Shown in pieces: positions 26,717-37,407 of a DNA stretch of 64,000 nt. A model generated the notes under the pieces. The model worked only from the letters and a program-made list of their open reading frames with translations. It did not search any database and was not told where the DNA came from. The DNA comes from Thiobacillus sp. (GTDB lineage Bacteria; Pseudomonadota; Gammaproteobacteria; Burkholderiales; Thiobacillaceae): the NCBI RefSeq assembly GCF_030696885.1, contig NZ_JAUYRI010000017.1, positions 161,212-225,211 of the forward strand. The letters are read 5' to 3'. A program made the position numbers and the translations under genes. The number at the start of each line of letters is the position of its first letter. The first letter of the stretch is position 1.

Positions 26717-29500
26717 TCAAAGCCGCTTGAGCAGTTGCCTGGCGGCGTCGGCCTCGGCTGCAGGGAGTTGGGGGAATTCCCTGAGCACGAATTCGAGCTC
26801 CTGGCGTGCCTGGGCCCGATTGCCGCTGCGGGCCAGGGCGACGGCATGGTGGTAGCGAATCATGCCCGCCTTGGGCGCGGCGGCGGCGGCCTTGCCCAGG
26901 AGCTCGAGGCCACGCGCTGATTTCCCCTGTTCAACCAGCAGCCAGCCCACGGTGTCCTGGATCGCCGGATTGTCCGGCGCGAGTTTCAGGGCCTGTTCGG
27001 CGGTGCCCAGGGCGCGGGGGTCTTTCTGCCGTTGATAGAGGCTGGCCAAGTTGTTGAGGACCAGAGCGTTGTCAGGATGTTGCCGCTGGATGGCCTCATA
27101 TTGGGCAATGGCGTCCTGGATCCGGCCCGCAAACATGTAGTACTCGGCGGCGTGGTTGCGCACGGCCATGTCGTCGGGATGCTGTTTGAGCCAGTCGTTC
27201 AGGCGTTGCCCGGCGGCCTGGGTGTTGCCGGCCAGAATATGGGCGCGGTGCAGTTTGGTCAGGCCCGCCGATCCGGCGCCTTTATCCAGCGAGGTCTCAT
27301 AGGACTGAATGGCCTGCGGCAGGCGCTTCTGGTCAAGATGAACGTCGCCTTCGCGATCGTAGCCCAGCGGCAAGGCGGGGAATTGTGTCTGGATCTGGCG
27401 GGCGATTCTCAGGGCGACTTCAGGGTTTTTGTCGGACAGCTCAAGACTCAGCAGGGCATCTTGGCTTTGCAGATGGTCGGGTTTGAGTTGCAGGGCTTTC
27501 TGCAGCGAGACGCGGGCGGCGGCCAGATCTCTGTTTGCGACCTGCGCCATGGCAAGACGCATGAACGCATCGGGGGACCGGCTGGCCTTTTTGGTTGACA
27601 GGGTGTATGTGGTGATCGCGTTGGCGATGTCGCCGGTCGTCAGTTGGGTGCTTGCCAGCAGGTTGAGCGCTTCGGGGTTGTCCGGATTGGCGTTGACGGC
27701 CTCGCGCGCCGTGGCGAGCGCGCCGTTGACGTCCCCCTTGGCGAGCCGATGGCGGGCCAGGCCGGCGTACGGCTGCAGGGCTTGCGGATGGGCTTTCGCG
27801 GCTTTTTCAAGCCAGCTCACATGCGCTGTTTCATCCTTTTCCCCCAGGCTGATGTCCGCTAGGGAGAGCATGGCCTGCATGTGATTGGGCTCGGCTTTGA
27901 GGATGCCTTCGTAGCGTTTGCGCGCGCTGGCCGTCCGTCCCGCCGCCAGGTCCAGCCGGGCGAGACTGTCCGCGGCGGGGAAGAATTTCGGGTCGATTTT
28001 CAGGGCCTGTTCAAAGCTGTCGCGTGCCTTGGCATGGTCGTTCTTGCCGAGATAGGCGGTGCCACGATAACTCCACACCAGCGGGTTTTTCGGCTGTTTC
28101 TTCTCCAGGGCGGCGATGCTGGACAGCGCGGCGTCAAATTGTCGCTTGCTGAGCTGGTTGAGGATGATCAGGGTGTCTGCCCGGCTGCCCGCGTCTTCCA
28201 TGTCGGCGGCTGACTGCAAGTCGGCCATGGCGCGCTGGTCGCCCTGGGCCAGTCGGGCCAGGCCCAGTTCCGTGCGTATCGCTGCACTGTCGGGGTTGAG
28301 GTTGACGGCGGTTTCAAAAAGACGGGCGGCCCCGGCATAGTCCTGTCTCGCCAGGGCGATTTCTCCGGCGATAGTGTAGAAGCCGGCATCCGCGGTCTTC
28401 GCGAAATCGATCGGTGCCAGGGTTTTCTCGGCATCCTCCGGCCGCCCCAGGCGCAATTGGGTGGCCGCCAGCATTTTGAGCGCGGCGCTGTTTTCCGGCG
28501 CTGCACGGGCCACCTTGTTGAGGTGCAGCTCGGCGGTCTGCAAGTTGCCCAGGGCAAATTCGATATGCCCGCCCAGCAACAGGGCGGGCAGGGCGTTGGG
28601 GGCGATTTTCAGGGCTTCCTGGAGGGCATTGCGGGCCTCGGGATATTTTTTCTCCTTGTAGTGGTACATGGCCTGCAGGTAGTGGACGGCAAGCGATTGG
28701 GGGAAATGCTTGCGGAGGGTCTGGATGTCGGCCTCGGCGAGTTCCATTCGGTCCATTTTGATGTGGGTGGTCGCCCGGTTTTGCAGAGCTTCCAGATTCT
28801 GGGGTTCGAGCTTCAGTGCGCTGGAATAGGCGGCCACGGCACCTGCGTCGTCCTGCCTGATCTGTGCGAGATCGCCCACATAAACCCAGGTCCTGGCTTG
28901 CCTGTCCTGGATCTTGAGCGCGGCATCGAGCCATTCCTGGGCTTTGGCCGTATCGCGCTCGGCCAGTGCGCATTGCGCCAGCCCCCAGTAGGTCGCCGGG
29001 TTGTCGGCGCTGATGCCGAGCGATTGCTGGTAGAGGTTGCAGGCATCTTTCAGGCTGCCCTGCCTGCGCATGGCATCGGCCCGAATCTGCAGAATGCGTG
29101 CGAGATTGAGCTGGGACGTCTGGTCTCCGGCCTGGATTTCATCCAGCACGCGTGCGTACTCGCCCATCAACAGCAAGGCTTCGCCGAGATGGGGCTTGAT
29201 GGATTCGCGGTTGACCCCGAGCTTGACGGCCTGGGTGAGCTCCTTTTCGGCTTCGGCGCCCATGTCCAGCTTCAGATAAATCTGCCCCAGCAACAGTCTG
29301 GCCTGCGCGCTGTCGGGGTTTTTCTGGATGGCGTTTTTCAGCTCGAGAACGCTGCCCCGGGGATTGCCCTTGTCCTCGAAGTCCTTGGCCCGCTCGATGT
29401 GCTCCTGTTCGGTGAGGCTGGCGGTGCGGTCGCATCCGGAAAGCGTCACGGATGCGGCGAAGGCCAGGGCGATGGCCAGGGCGACGGGGTGTTGGGTCAT
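26717..29500 (-). CDS. prsT: XrtA/PEP-CTERM system TPR lipoprotein PrsT, copy 1
   Basis: Lipobox LSGC; ELKNAIQKNPDSAQARLLLG; about 927 aa of TPRs; C-terminal DTVGWLL...YHHAVAL. Confidence 0.9.
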   Translation of the reverse strand: MTQHPVALAIALAFAASVTLSGCDRTASLTEQEHIERAKDFEDKGNPRGSVLELKNAIQKNPDSAQARLLLGQIYLKLDMGAEAEKELTQAVKLGVNRESIKPHLGEALLLMGEYARVLDEIQAGDQTSQLNLARILQIRADAMRRQGSLKDACNLYQQSLGISADNPATYWGLAQCALAERDTAKAQEWLDAALKIQDRQARTWVYVGDLAQIRQDDAGAVAAYSSALKLEPQNLEALQNRATTHIKMDRMELAEADIQTLRKHFPQSLAVHYLQAMYHYKEKKYPEARNALQEALKIAPNALPALLLGGHIEFALGNLQTAELHLNKVARAAPENSAALKMLAATQLRLGRPEDAEKTLAPIDFAKTADAGFYTIAGEIALARQDYAGAARLFETAVNLNPDSAAIRTELGLARLAQGDQRAMADLQSAADMEDAGSRADTLIILNQLSKRQFDAALSSIAALEKKQPKNPLVWSYRGTAYLGKNDHAKARDSFEQALKIDPKFFPAADSLARLDLAAGRTASARKRYEGILKAEPNHMQAMLSLADISLGEKDETAHVSWLEKAAKAHPQALQPYAGLARHRLAKGDVNGALATAREAVNANPDNPEALNLLASTQLTTGDIANAITTYTLSTKKASRSPDAFMRLAMAQVANRDLAAARVSLQKALQLKPDHLQSQDALLSLELSDKNPEVALRIARQIQTQFPALPLGYDREGDVHLDQKRLPQAIQSYETSLDKGAGSAGLTKLHRAHILAGNTQAAGQRLNDWLKQHPDDMAVRNHAAEYYMFAGRIQDAIAQYEAIQRQHPDNALVLNNLASLYQRQKDPRALGTAEQALKLAPDNPAIQDTVGWLLVEQGKSARGLELLGKAAAAAPKAGMIRYHHAVALARSGNRAQARQELEFVLREFPQLPAAEADAARQLLKRL

Positions 29501-29658
29501 CTATACATACTCCACTCATTGAGGCGGTTTTCAGCCGGCCTTCGACGTTGAACAGGGCGACTCAAGCGGCCTGGCGGCGATCAGGGCGTCCGGATTGCCG
29601 TGCGGTGCCCGCAATACGCGCGCGTATTTACCATTTTGCCCTGTGCGATTTTTCAAGC

Positions 29659-32448
29659 TTACCGCGCTTTGCTCTGCAGCTGCTTGAGCAGGGCGCGCGC
29701 TTCTGGCTCCTGGGGGAATGCTACGCCACTCGCCAGCAAACGTTCGAGCTCGCGTTGTGCGCGGGCGCGGTCGCCGCTCTGCGCGTAGGCCGAGGCGAGA
29801 TGCCACTGGATATCGGCCGCATCGGGCGTCTTGCTCAGGGCTTGCTGCAGCAACTTGATGCCGCGTTCGTGCTGGCCCTGTCGCACCAGAATCCAGCCGA
29901 GGGTGTCGAGCACGGCAGCGCTGTCGGGCTGGAGCTTGAGTGCCTTCTCGGCGTAGCCCAGCGCGCGCTTGTCGCCGGACTCGGCGAGCGCCCAGGCCAG
30001 GTTGTTGAGCACCAGCAGGTTGCCCGGGTTGCTCTGGTCGAGAATGAGGTAATGCGCGGCAGCGGCCGGATACTGCTTGCGCAGGATCAATTGTTCGGCC
30101 AGCGCGATGCGGGTGCCGGCATCCTGCGGGTTGCGCTGCAGCCAGTCGGCGAGACGCTTTTCGCCTTCTTCGGCGCGCTGAAGCGCGTTCAGGGGCTGCA
30201 TCTGGCGCAGCAACAGCGCGCCGGAGGGTGCTAGTTTGTGGGCGCGCTCGAAGGCGGCGAGCGCGGCGGGATGATCCTTGCGGGCCAGCGCTGCATCGCC
30301 CTCAAGTATGTAGCCGGCTGCGCCGTCGGGCTGCTGTTTCTGCACCTGGCGCGCGATCCGTTGGGCCTCGTCGTGACGGCCGGACTGGATTTCGACATGG
30401 CCGAGCATCATCTGCGCGTCGAGTGAGTCGGGCTGGACGCGCAAGGCGTCCAGCAGCGATTTGCGCGCGCCGGGCAGGTCCTTGGCGGCGACCTGCACGG
30501 CGGCGAGCTTGATCAGCGGCATGGCCTGGCCGGGCAGACGCTCGACCAGGGAGCGATAGCTGCCCTGCGCATTGGCCGTATCGCCCAGCGCCAGCTGGAC
30601 GCTGCCGAGCAGATCGAGTGCAGCCGGATGATCGGGATTGGCGTTGAGCGCTTCGCGCGCCAGCGCGAGAGCCTTGTTGCGCTCGCCCTGGCCGAGCAAA
30701 TGGCGCGCCAGCGCCAGCCGGGGCGGCAGCGCCTGCGGATGGGCGGCGGCGGCTTTTTCGAGCCAGCCGACATAGGCTTTTTCGTCCCGCTCGCGCATCG
30801 CGGAATCGGCCATCGCGAGCATGGCGTTCAGATGCTTGGGATCGGCCTTGAGTATGCCCTCGAAGCGCTGGCGGGCCGCATCCGGGCGATTGTCCTTGAG
30901 ATCAAGCTGGGCCAGATTGGCAGCGGCCGGGTAAAACGCCGGGTCGAGCTTGAGCGCCTGACCGAAGCTGTCGCGGGCGCGGGCGGGATCCTGCTTGCCG
31001 ATATAGGCGCCGCCGCGATAGTTCCAGGTGAGCGGGTTGGCGCCCTGCTTTTTTTCCAGTGCGGCGATGCTGGTCAGCGCGGCGTCAAACTGCTTCTGCT
31101 TCAGCTGGTTCAGAATGAGCAGCGTCTCGGCGCGGTTGCCAGTGCCCTCGTTTTCCATCGCGGCGGCCGCCTGGAGGTCGTCCATGGCGCGGCTGTCGCC
31201 CTGTGCGAGCCGGGAAATGGCAAGTTCGGTGCGCAGCGCGGCGCTGTCCGGATTGCGCTGGGCGGCATCCTCGAAGTAGGCCGCGGCCTGCGCATAGTCC
31301 TTGCGCGCGAGTGCGATTTCGCCGGCCACGGTGAGCACGCCGACGTCTTCGCCGGCCCCCTTGAGTGCGGGCGCCAGCGTGCGTGCCGCATCGTCGGTGC
31401 GGCCGAGGCGCAATTGCGTGGCCGCCAGCAGGCGCACGGCATAGAGGTTGTTCGGCGCGGCTTTCAACACCTTGTTGAGGTGGGTTTCGGCGGTTTGCAG
31501 GTTGCCGAGCGCGTACTCGACTGCGCCCGCCAGCAGCAGCGCGGGGCCGTAGTCAGGTGCGGCCTTGAGCACGGCCGCGAGGTGGTCGCGCGCGCGCGGA
31601 ATTTTCTTTTCCTGAAAGTCGATCACGGCCTCGGTATAGCGCGCCTGCAGGTTGCCGGGCCGCGTCTTGAGTGCGGCGTCGACTTCCTTGCGGGCGTCTT
31701 CGAGCCGGCCGTCTGCGATGGCAAGGTCTGCCAGCGCGAGGCGGGCGGCAACATTGCGCGGATCGATGCGAAGGATTTCCTGATAGACCGCAGCGGCCTC
31801 GTTGGGCTGCTGGGTGGCGCGCAGCAGCGAGCCTTTCAGATGCAGGCTGTCGCGGTGGCCGGCGTCGATGCGCAAGGCCTCGTCGAGGGCCTGCTGTGCC
31901 TTGGCGACGTCATTGTCGGCCAGCGCCAGGTGCGCCAGTGCCAGATGGACATCGGCGTTGCCGGGCGCGGTGTCGAGCGCGTGCTGCAGGGTCTTGCGTG
32001 CGTCGTCCTTGCGGTTCAGACCGAGCTCGGCGGTGGCGCGCAGCGCGTTCAGGGTGGCGGCATCGGCATCGCTGCCGGCGGATGCGGGCACTTCGTCGAG
32101 CACGCGCTGGAAGTCGCGTTGCCCCAGCAGGGTGCGGGCGATCATCGCGTTGGCGGCATTTTCCGCGTAGCCGGCCTGGCGGGCACGGCGGAATTCCTTT
32201 TCGGCGCTGGCGAGCTCAAGCTGCTCGAAATACAGCGTGCCCAGCTCGAAACGCGCCTCGGCATTGTTTTCATCCTGCGCGAGGGCATTCTTGAGCTGGA
32301 TGATCGCCGCCTTGTGGTCGCCCGACGCCACCAGCGTCCGGGCTTCGTTCACCAGGGCGGTACTGTCCTGGCGGTCGCAGGCGCTCAGCAGCCCGGCGCC
32401 GAGGAACAGAAACACCAGCAGTCGTGACGTGGAAACGGGGTGGATCAT
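29659..32448 (-). CDS. prsT: XrtA/PEP-CTERM system TPR lipoprotein PrsT, copy 2
   Basis: Lipobox LSAC; IQLKNAL...EARFELG; DTLGWIL...WHLASAY; directly follows prsR. Confidence 0.92.
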   Translation of the reverse strand: MIHPVSTSRLLVFLFLGAGLLSACDRQDSTALVNEARTLVASGDHKAAIIQLKNALAQDENNAEARFELGTLYFEQLELASAEKEFRRARQAGYAENAANAMIARTLLGQRDFQRVLDEVPASAGSDADAATLNALRATAELGLNRKDDARKTLQHALDTAPGNADVHLALAHLALADNDVAKAQQALDEALRIDAGHRDSLHLKGSLLRATQQPNEAAAVYQEILRIDPRNVAARLALADLAIADGRLEDARKEVDAALKTRPGNLQARYTEAVIDFQEKKIPRARDHLAAVLKAAPDYGPALLLAGAVEYALGNLQTAETHLNKVLKAAPNNLYAVRLLAATQLRLGRTDDAARTLAPALKGAGEDVGVLTVAGEIALARKDYAQAAAYFEDAAQRNPDSAALRTELAISRLAQGDSRAMDDLQAAAAMENEGTGNRAETLLILNQLKQKQFDAALTSIAALEKKQGANPLTWNYRGGAYIGKQDPARARDSFGQALKLDPAFYPAAANLAQLDLKDNRPDAARQRFEGILKADPKHLNAMLAMADSAMRERDEKAYVGWLEKAAAAHPQALPPRLALARHLLGQGERNKALALAREALNANPDHPAALDLLGSVQLALGDTANAQGSYRSLVERLPGQAMPLIKLAAVQVAAKDLPGARKSLLDALRVQPDSLDAQMMLGHVEIQSGRHDEAQRIARQVQKQQPDGAAGYILEGDAALARKDHPAALAAFERAHKLAPSGALLLRQMQPLNALQRAEEGEKRLADWLQRNPQDAGTRIALAEQLILRKQYPAAAAHYLILDQSNPGNLLVLNNLAWALAESGDKRALGYAEKALKLQPDSAAVLDTLGWILVRQGQHERGIKLLQQALSKTPDAADIQWHLASAYAQSGDRARAQRELERLLASGVAFPQEPEARALLKQLQSKAR

Positions 32449-32495
32449 GAAGCCTCCGAAAGATGATCTGAGTGTAGAACGCAGGGCGCCCTGAA

Positions 32496-33848
32496 TTATT
32501 TCATTCCGATTTTTGCCATCAGGTCGTACAGGGTGGGCCGGGTGACCCCGAGCAATTCGGCGGCCTGGGCGATGTTGCCCTCGCTGTGGGCGAGCGCCCG
32601 GCTCACGGCCAGACGTTCGGCGTGTTCGCGTGCCTGGCGCAGGTTGAACGGCTGCAGTTCGGTCGGGCCGTCATCGAGTCCGAGGTCGGCGGCGGTGATC
32701 TGGGTACCGTCCGCCATGATGGTGGCGCGCTTGATCATGTTTTCCATTTCGCGCACGTTGCCGGGCCAGCCATGGCCTTCGAGCGCTGCCAATGCGTCGG
32801 CGGTGAAACCCTTGATTCCACGCCCCATCTCGCGCGCGTTGCGTTCCAGAAAGGCCTGCGCCAGCAGCACGGCGTCGCCGGCACGCTCGCGCAGCGGCGG
32901 AATCTGAATGGCGATTTCGGACAGCCGGTAGTACAGGTCTTCGCGGAATCCGCCTTCGCGGATCATGCCGGCAAGGTCGCGGTGGGTGGCGCAGACTACG
33001 CGCACGTCGACCGGGATTTCGCCGCGGCCGCCGAGGCGCTCGATCACGCGCTCCTGCAAAAAGCGCAGCAGCTTGGCCTGCAACGGCATCGGCAGGTCGC
33101 CGATTTCATCGAGGAAGAGCGTGCCTTCGTTGGCATACTCGATCTTGCCGATGGTTTGCTTGGCCGCGCCGGTGAAGGCGCCCTTTTCGTAACCGAACAG
33201 TTCGGATTCCAGCAGGGTGTCGGGAATCGCCGCGCAGTTGATGGCGACAAATCGCTTGCCGACGCGCGGCGACAGTTCGTGCACGCCGCGCGCCAGTACT
33301 TCCTTGCCGGTGCCGGACTCGCCGAGCAGCAGCACGGTGGCGTTGGCGGGCGCGACTTTTTCAACGGTGCGGCAGACTTTCAGCATCGATTCGCTGCTGG
33401 TGATCAGACCGGACAGGGCGGAACCGCCCTTCTGGTTGAGCAGTAGGCGGTTCTCAACTTCGAGCGTGTGCACGTGCAGCGCGCGGGCGATCATCAGCGC
33501 GAGCACATCGGGGTCGAAGGGTTTCTGGAAAAAATCGTAGGCGCCGAGCTGAATGGCCTTGACCGCATTGCTGCGATCGAGGTTGCCGGTGACGACGATG
33601 ACCTTGGTGACGGGCGCCAGCGACAGGATCTGCTGCAGTGCGGCCAGCCCTTCGCTGGCGCCGTCGGCGTCGGGCGGCAGGCCGAGGTCGAGCAATACCA
33701 CCGCGGGTTCGTGGCGGCGCAGCTGGGCGATCGCGCTGTCGCGGTCGGCGGCCAGCACCAGCTCGTAGTCGCCGAGGCTCCATTTCAGTTGCTTTTGCAG
33801 GCCGGGATCGTCTTCCACCAGCAGGATTTTTTGTTTGGCGTCGCTCAT
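32496..33848 (-). CDS. prsR: PEP-CTERM-box sigma54-dependent response regulator PrsR
   Basis: REC domain LLDLGLPPD; AAA+ GESGTGKE and GAFTGA; C-terminal HTH; follows prsK. Confidence 0.95.
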   Translation of the reverse strand: MSDAKQKILLVEDDPGLQKQLKWSLGDYELVLAADRDSAIAQLRRHEPAVVLLDLGLPPDADGASEGLAALQQILSLAPVTKVIVVTGNLDRSNAVKAIQLGAYDFFQKPFDPDVLALMIARALHVHTLEVENRLLLNQKGGSALSGLITSSESMLKVCRTVEKVAPANATVLLLGESGTGKEVLARGVHELSPRVGKRFVAINCAAIPDTLLESELFGYEKGAFTGAAKQTIGKIEYANEGTLFLDEIGDLPMPLQAKLLRFLQERVIERLGGRGEIPVDVRVVCATHRDLAGMIREGGFREDLYYRLSEIAIQIPPLRERAGDAVLLAQAFLERNAREMGRGIKGFTADALAALEGHGWPGNVREMENMIKRATIMADGTQITAADLGLDDGPTELQPFNLRQAREHAERLAVSRALAHSEGNIAQAAELLGVTRPTLYDLMAKIGMK

Positions 33849-35929
33849 GCGGCGTCTCCTCCAACGTCTAAATTATTTTCCAGCGGCAGGCTGATACGGA
33901 AGCGGGTGCCACGCCCCGGCGCGCTGTCGACGTCGAGCTGCCCGCCTAGCGCGCGGACGGTTTCGCGGCATTCATAGGCACCGATGCCCATGCCGGCACC
34001 CTTGGTCGAATCGAAGGGCTGAAACAGGCGGGTGCGGATGAATTCATCCTCCATGCCGCTGCCGGTGTCAGTGATTTCAATGATTGCCTGCGCGCTATCC
34101 TCGAAGCCGCGCAGTGTGACCTGACCGCTCGGCGGCGTGGCCTCCAGCGCATTTTGCAGCAAATGACCGATGGCGCGGGTGAGCCGTTCACGTTCGGCGC
34201 GCACGCGCAGGCTGGCGGGCGGCAGTTCCACGATCGGGCGCAGCTTGAATGCCTGCTTGCTGGCGACGGCGTCGGCCAGGATGTCCGCCAGCGCCACCGA
34301 TTGTGCCTGCGCTTCACCACTGCCGCGCCGCAGCTGGGCGAGCACCTTGTTCATTCGGGCCACGGCGTTTTCCACCGTGCCCAGCATATCGGCCTGGAAC
34401 TCGGGGTTGTCCTTGTGCTTTTCGGCGTTGGCCAGCAGCAGGGACAGCTGGGCGACCAGGTTTTTTAGGTCGTGGATGATGAAGGTGGTGGTGCGGTTGA
34501 ACGACTCGAACTGGCGCGCCACGATGAGCTGGTTGGCGGCGCGCATCTGCGCCAGGTTGGCGGCGGCCTGACGCGATGCGACCTTGAGCAGGTCGCTGAC
34601 TTCCCAGTTGAAGCTGACCTTGCCGAGTGAATGCTTGAGCACCACGAAGCCGAGCAGTTCGTCGTGCAGCATCAGCGGCACCACCAGCCAGGCGTCGCCG
34701 GCCTGCTGGATCCACGCCGGGGTATCGAGGTCACCATAGAGGTCGCGGCGGGTCTTCATTTCGTCGAGGTCGACCACCCACTGCTTGTCCGCCAGCCAGC
34801 GGGCGAAAGGCGAATCGGCCGGCTCGGCGCCGTTGAGGTCGGCCCAGTTCCAGTGGCTGGCGCGCAGGAAGCCGGCGTTGCCTTCGCGCATCCACAGCGC
34901 GCCGCCGGGGCTTTCCACCAGTCGGGCGAGCGCCTCGACCGTGCGTTCGCACAGTTGCTCGCCGGGCTGGCCTTCAGTGAGGGTGCGGGTGAACTTGAGC
35001 CACTCTTCGCGGTAGTCGTAGCGGTAGCTGAAAAAATGCTTCGATAAAAACACCCGCAACCGTGCACGCAGGGTGCCGGAGAACATCAGCAGCACCAGCA
35101 GCATGGCTGCAGCAAAGATGAACACGGTCTGCACCACGTCGCCCCACTCGCCGCCGAACAGGCGCAGGTAGTAGCCGGCGCCCGCCATCAGCAGCAGGTA
35201 GATGCCCGCGCCCAGCAGGCTGGCGGTGTGGAAGACCATGCTGCGCGACAGCCCGACCGGCGCCGACCACTCCGGATTGCGCGCGGCGGACACCGCAATC
35301 AGCGGTGTCACCAGCGCCGCGACATAGCCACGCGCCGCCCATACCTGGGCGTCGAGCGCATTGAACAGCGCGGCGTTGGCATAAAGATAAAAGTCGTAAA
35401 CGAACAGTCCCCCCAGCCCGAGGCATAGGAACTTGATCGCCCAGCGGTCTTCCAGGCGGGTGCTGCGGTACACCTGTTCAATCAGCACCAGCCCCAGCAC
35501 GGTAAGCAGGACCCGCCCCAAGTGGTTTGCCCACTGCGCGAGCACCGGCAGGTCGGGTGCGATGAGCGGCGCCACGCCGGCGAGCAGCAGGCCGCCGACG
35601 AGCACGATGGCGAGCGCACGGATCAGGCGCAACGGCGCCGGCAGAGCGCTGCCGGGCGGCAGCCGCAGCCGCAGGATGTACAGCAGCAGCGCGAGCCAGG
35701 CGCCGTTGCGCGCCACTTCGGCAGCGAGTTCCAGGCGAACGGGCAAGATGCCCCAAGTGGCTGCGGCCGCCAACGCGCCCCAGAGGGCGCTCAGTCCGGC
35801 GGCGAGCACCAGCAGCCGGCCCTGCGGACGCTGCTGCCAACTGGCGACGATGAGTCCGGACAAGCCGAGGTAAGCCAGCATGGCCAGGCCATAACCGATC
35901 GCAGCGAGGAGAAGCAGGGTGTCGGTCAT
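33845..35929 (-). CDS. prsK: XrtA/PEP-CTERM system histidine kinase PrsK
   Basis: Multi-TM N-terminus; HFFSYRYDYREEW; GAF region; FIIHDLKN; G-boxes DTGSGM and GMGIG. Confidence 0.95.
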   Translation of the reverse strand: MTDTLLLLAAIGYGLAMLAYLGLSGLIVASWQQRPQGRLLVLAAGLSALWGALAAAATWGILPVRLELAAEVARNGAWLALLLYILRLRLPPGSALPAPLRLIRALAIVLVGGLLLAGVAPLIAPDLPVLAQWANHLGRVLLTVLGLVLIEQVYRSTRLEDRWAIKFLCLGLGGLFVYDFYLYANAALFNALDAQVWAARGYVAALVTPLIAVSAARNPEWSAPVGLSRSMVFHTASLLGAGIYLLLMAGAGYYLRLFGGEWGDVVQTVFIFAAAMLLVLLMFSGTLRARLRVFLSKHFFSYRYDYREEWLKFTRTLTEGQPGEQLCERTVEALARLVESPGGALWMREGNAGFLRASHWNWADLNGAEPADSPFARWLADKQWVVDLDEMKTRRDLYGDLDTPAWIQQAGDAWLVVPLMLHDELLGFVVLKHSLGKVSFNWEVSDLLKVASRQAAANLAQMRAANQLIVARQFESFNRTTTFIIHDLKNLVAQLSLLLANAEKHKDNPEFQADMLGTVENAVARMNKVLAQLRRGSGEAQAQSVALADILADAVASKQAFKLRPIVELPPASLRVRAERERLTRAIGHLLQNALEATPPSGQVTLRGFEDSAQAIIEITDTGSGMEDEFIRTRLFQPFDSTKGAGMGIGAYECRETVRALGGQLDVDSAPGRGTRFRISLPLENNLDVGGDAA

Positions 35930-35951
35930 GGTCGGTTGCGAACAGGCGCGC

Positions 35952-37346
35952 TCAGCGCACGCCTTTCCCCCACAACACGACTTGCGCGGTTTGGAACAGG
36001 ATCATCAGGTCGAGGAACAGGCTGTGATTCTTGACGTAATAGAGGTCGTACTGCAGCTTGTGCATGGCGTCCTCGTCGGTAGCGCCGTAGGCATAGCGCA
36101 CCTGTGCCCAGCCGGTGATGCCGGGTTTGACGGTGTGGCGCACGCCGTAATAGGGGATTTTCTGGGTCAGGTCCTGCACGAAATAGGGGCGTTCGGGGCG
36201 CGGGCCGACGAAGCTCATGTCGCCGAAAAACACGTTGAAAATCTGCGGCAGTTCGTCGATGCGGGTGCGCCGGATGAAGCGTCCGGTGAGCGTGACCCGG
36301 CTGTCGTTCTGCCCGGCCCAGCGCGGCTTGCCGTCTTTTTCGGCGTCGACGCCCATGCTGCGGAACTTGAGAATGGTGAAGTTGTTGCCGCCCTGCCCCA
36401 CGCGCTCCTGACGGTAGAGCACGGGACCAGGGCTTTCCAGCTTGATCAGCAGCGCGGCGAGCGCCATGATCGGCAGGGTGACGAGCAGCATGGCCGCACT
36501 GACCAGCAGGTCGAACAGGCGCTTGATGGTGTCGCGCACGATGCCCTGATGGAAGCCCTCGGCCAGGATCATCCAGCTGGCGTTCATCGAGTCGATCTGA
36601 AGATGGCCGTTTTCGCGCTCGAAAAAGTTGGACAGTTCGAGCACGCGGATGCCGCGCAGCTTGCAGCGGAGCAGGTCCTGCACCGGCAGGCCGCCGCTGC
36701 GGCGGTCGCGTACGGCCAGCACGATTTCGCTGATTTGCAGGCGTGCCGCCAGCTCGGGCAGGGCCTCGTCGCTGTCGAGAATCCGGGCATGATCGACGAA
36801 ATGATGACTGCCGCCCATCGGCAGGTAGCCGACGACCTGGACGTTGGTGGCGTTGCCGCGCTTGGCCAGCAGCGCCTCGATGTGGGCGGCGCGGCTGCCG
36901 GTGCCGACGACCAGGGCGCGTGTTTTCAGTGCGCCCGCCCGCACCCAGCGGATGAACAGGGCGCGGCTCAGCAGGATGCCGAGCAGGGCCAGGCCGAATG
37001 ACAGCAGGAAGGCGCCGCGACCGACCAGCAGATCGGGAAAGAAATAGAACAGCAGGCTCATGGATACCAGGCCGAGGCCGAAGCTCAGGCCGAGCCGCTG
37101 CAGCAGGGCGCGCACGCCGCCCTGCCATTCGAGGTCGTAGAGGCCGCTCGCGGTCATCAGGCTCAGCATGACGACGGTGAAGGTCAGCGCCTTGGGGAAC
37201 AGTGGCGAGAGGAGTTCCGGCACCACGCCGCTTTCGAGAAAGCGCGCGCTGACGCCTGCGTAGATGGCGCCACCGAGGATCAGCGCCTCGATCAGCACCA
37301 GCAGCAGCAGATTCAGGGGCACGTAGTGCCGGAAAAAACGGATCAT
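35952..37346 (-). CDS. TIGR03013-type PEP-CTERM/XrtA system sugar transferase (priming glycosyltransferase)
   Basis: MIRFFRHY; KRLFDLLVS; YRQERVG; KFRSM; RIDELPQ; GPRPERP; KPGITGWAQV. Confidence 0.93.
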   Translation of the reverse strand: MIRFFRHYVPLNLLLLVLIEALILGGAIYAGVSARFLESGVVPELLSPLFPKALTFTVVMLSLMTASGLYDLEWQGGVRALLQRLGLSFGLGLVSMSLLFYFFPDLLVGRGAFLLSFGLALLGILLSRALFIRWVRAGALKTRALVVGTGSRAAHIEALLAKRGNATNVQVVGYLPMGGSHHFVDHARILDSDEALPELAARLQISEIVLAVRDRRSGGLPVQDLLRCKLRGIRVLELSNFFERENGHLQIDSMNASWMILAEGFHQGIVRDTIKRLFDLLVSAAMLLVTLPIMALAALLIKLESPGPVLYRQERVGQGGNNFTILKFRSMGVDAEKDGKPRWAGQNDSRVTLTGRFIRRTRIDELPQIFNVFFGDMSFVGPRPERPYFVQDLTQKIPYYGVRHTVKPGITGWAQVRYAYGATDEDAMHKLQYDLYYVKNHSLFLDLMILFQTAQVVLWGKGVR

Positions 37347-37407
37347 GGTCGTCTACCGTTATGAACCACAGTCAGTCCGACCTGCATCTTCCATGCCAGG
37401 GATGCGG

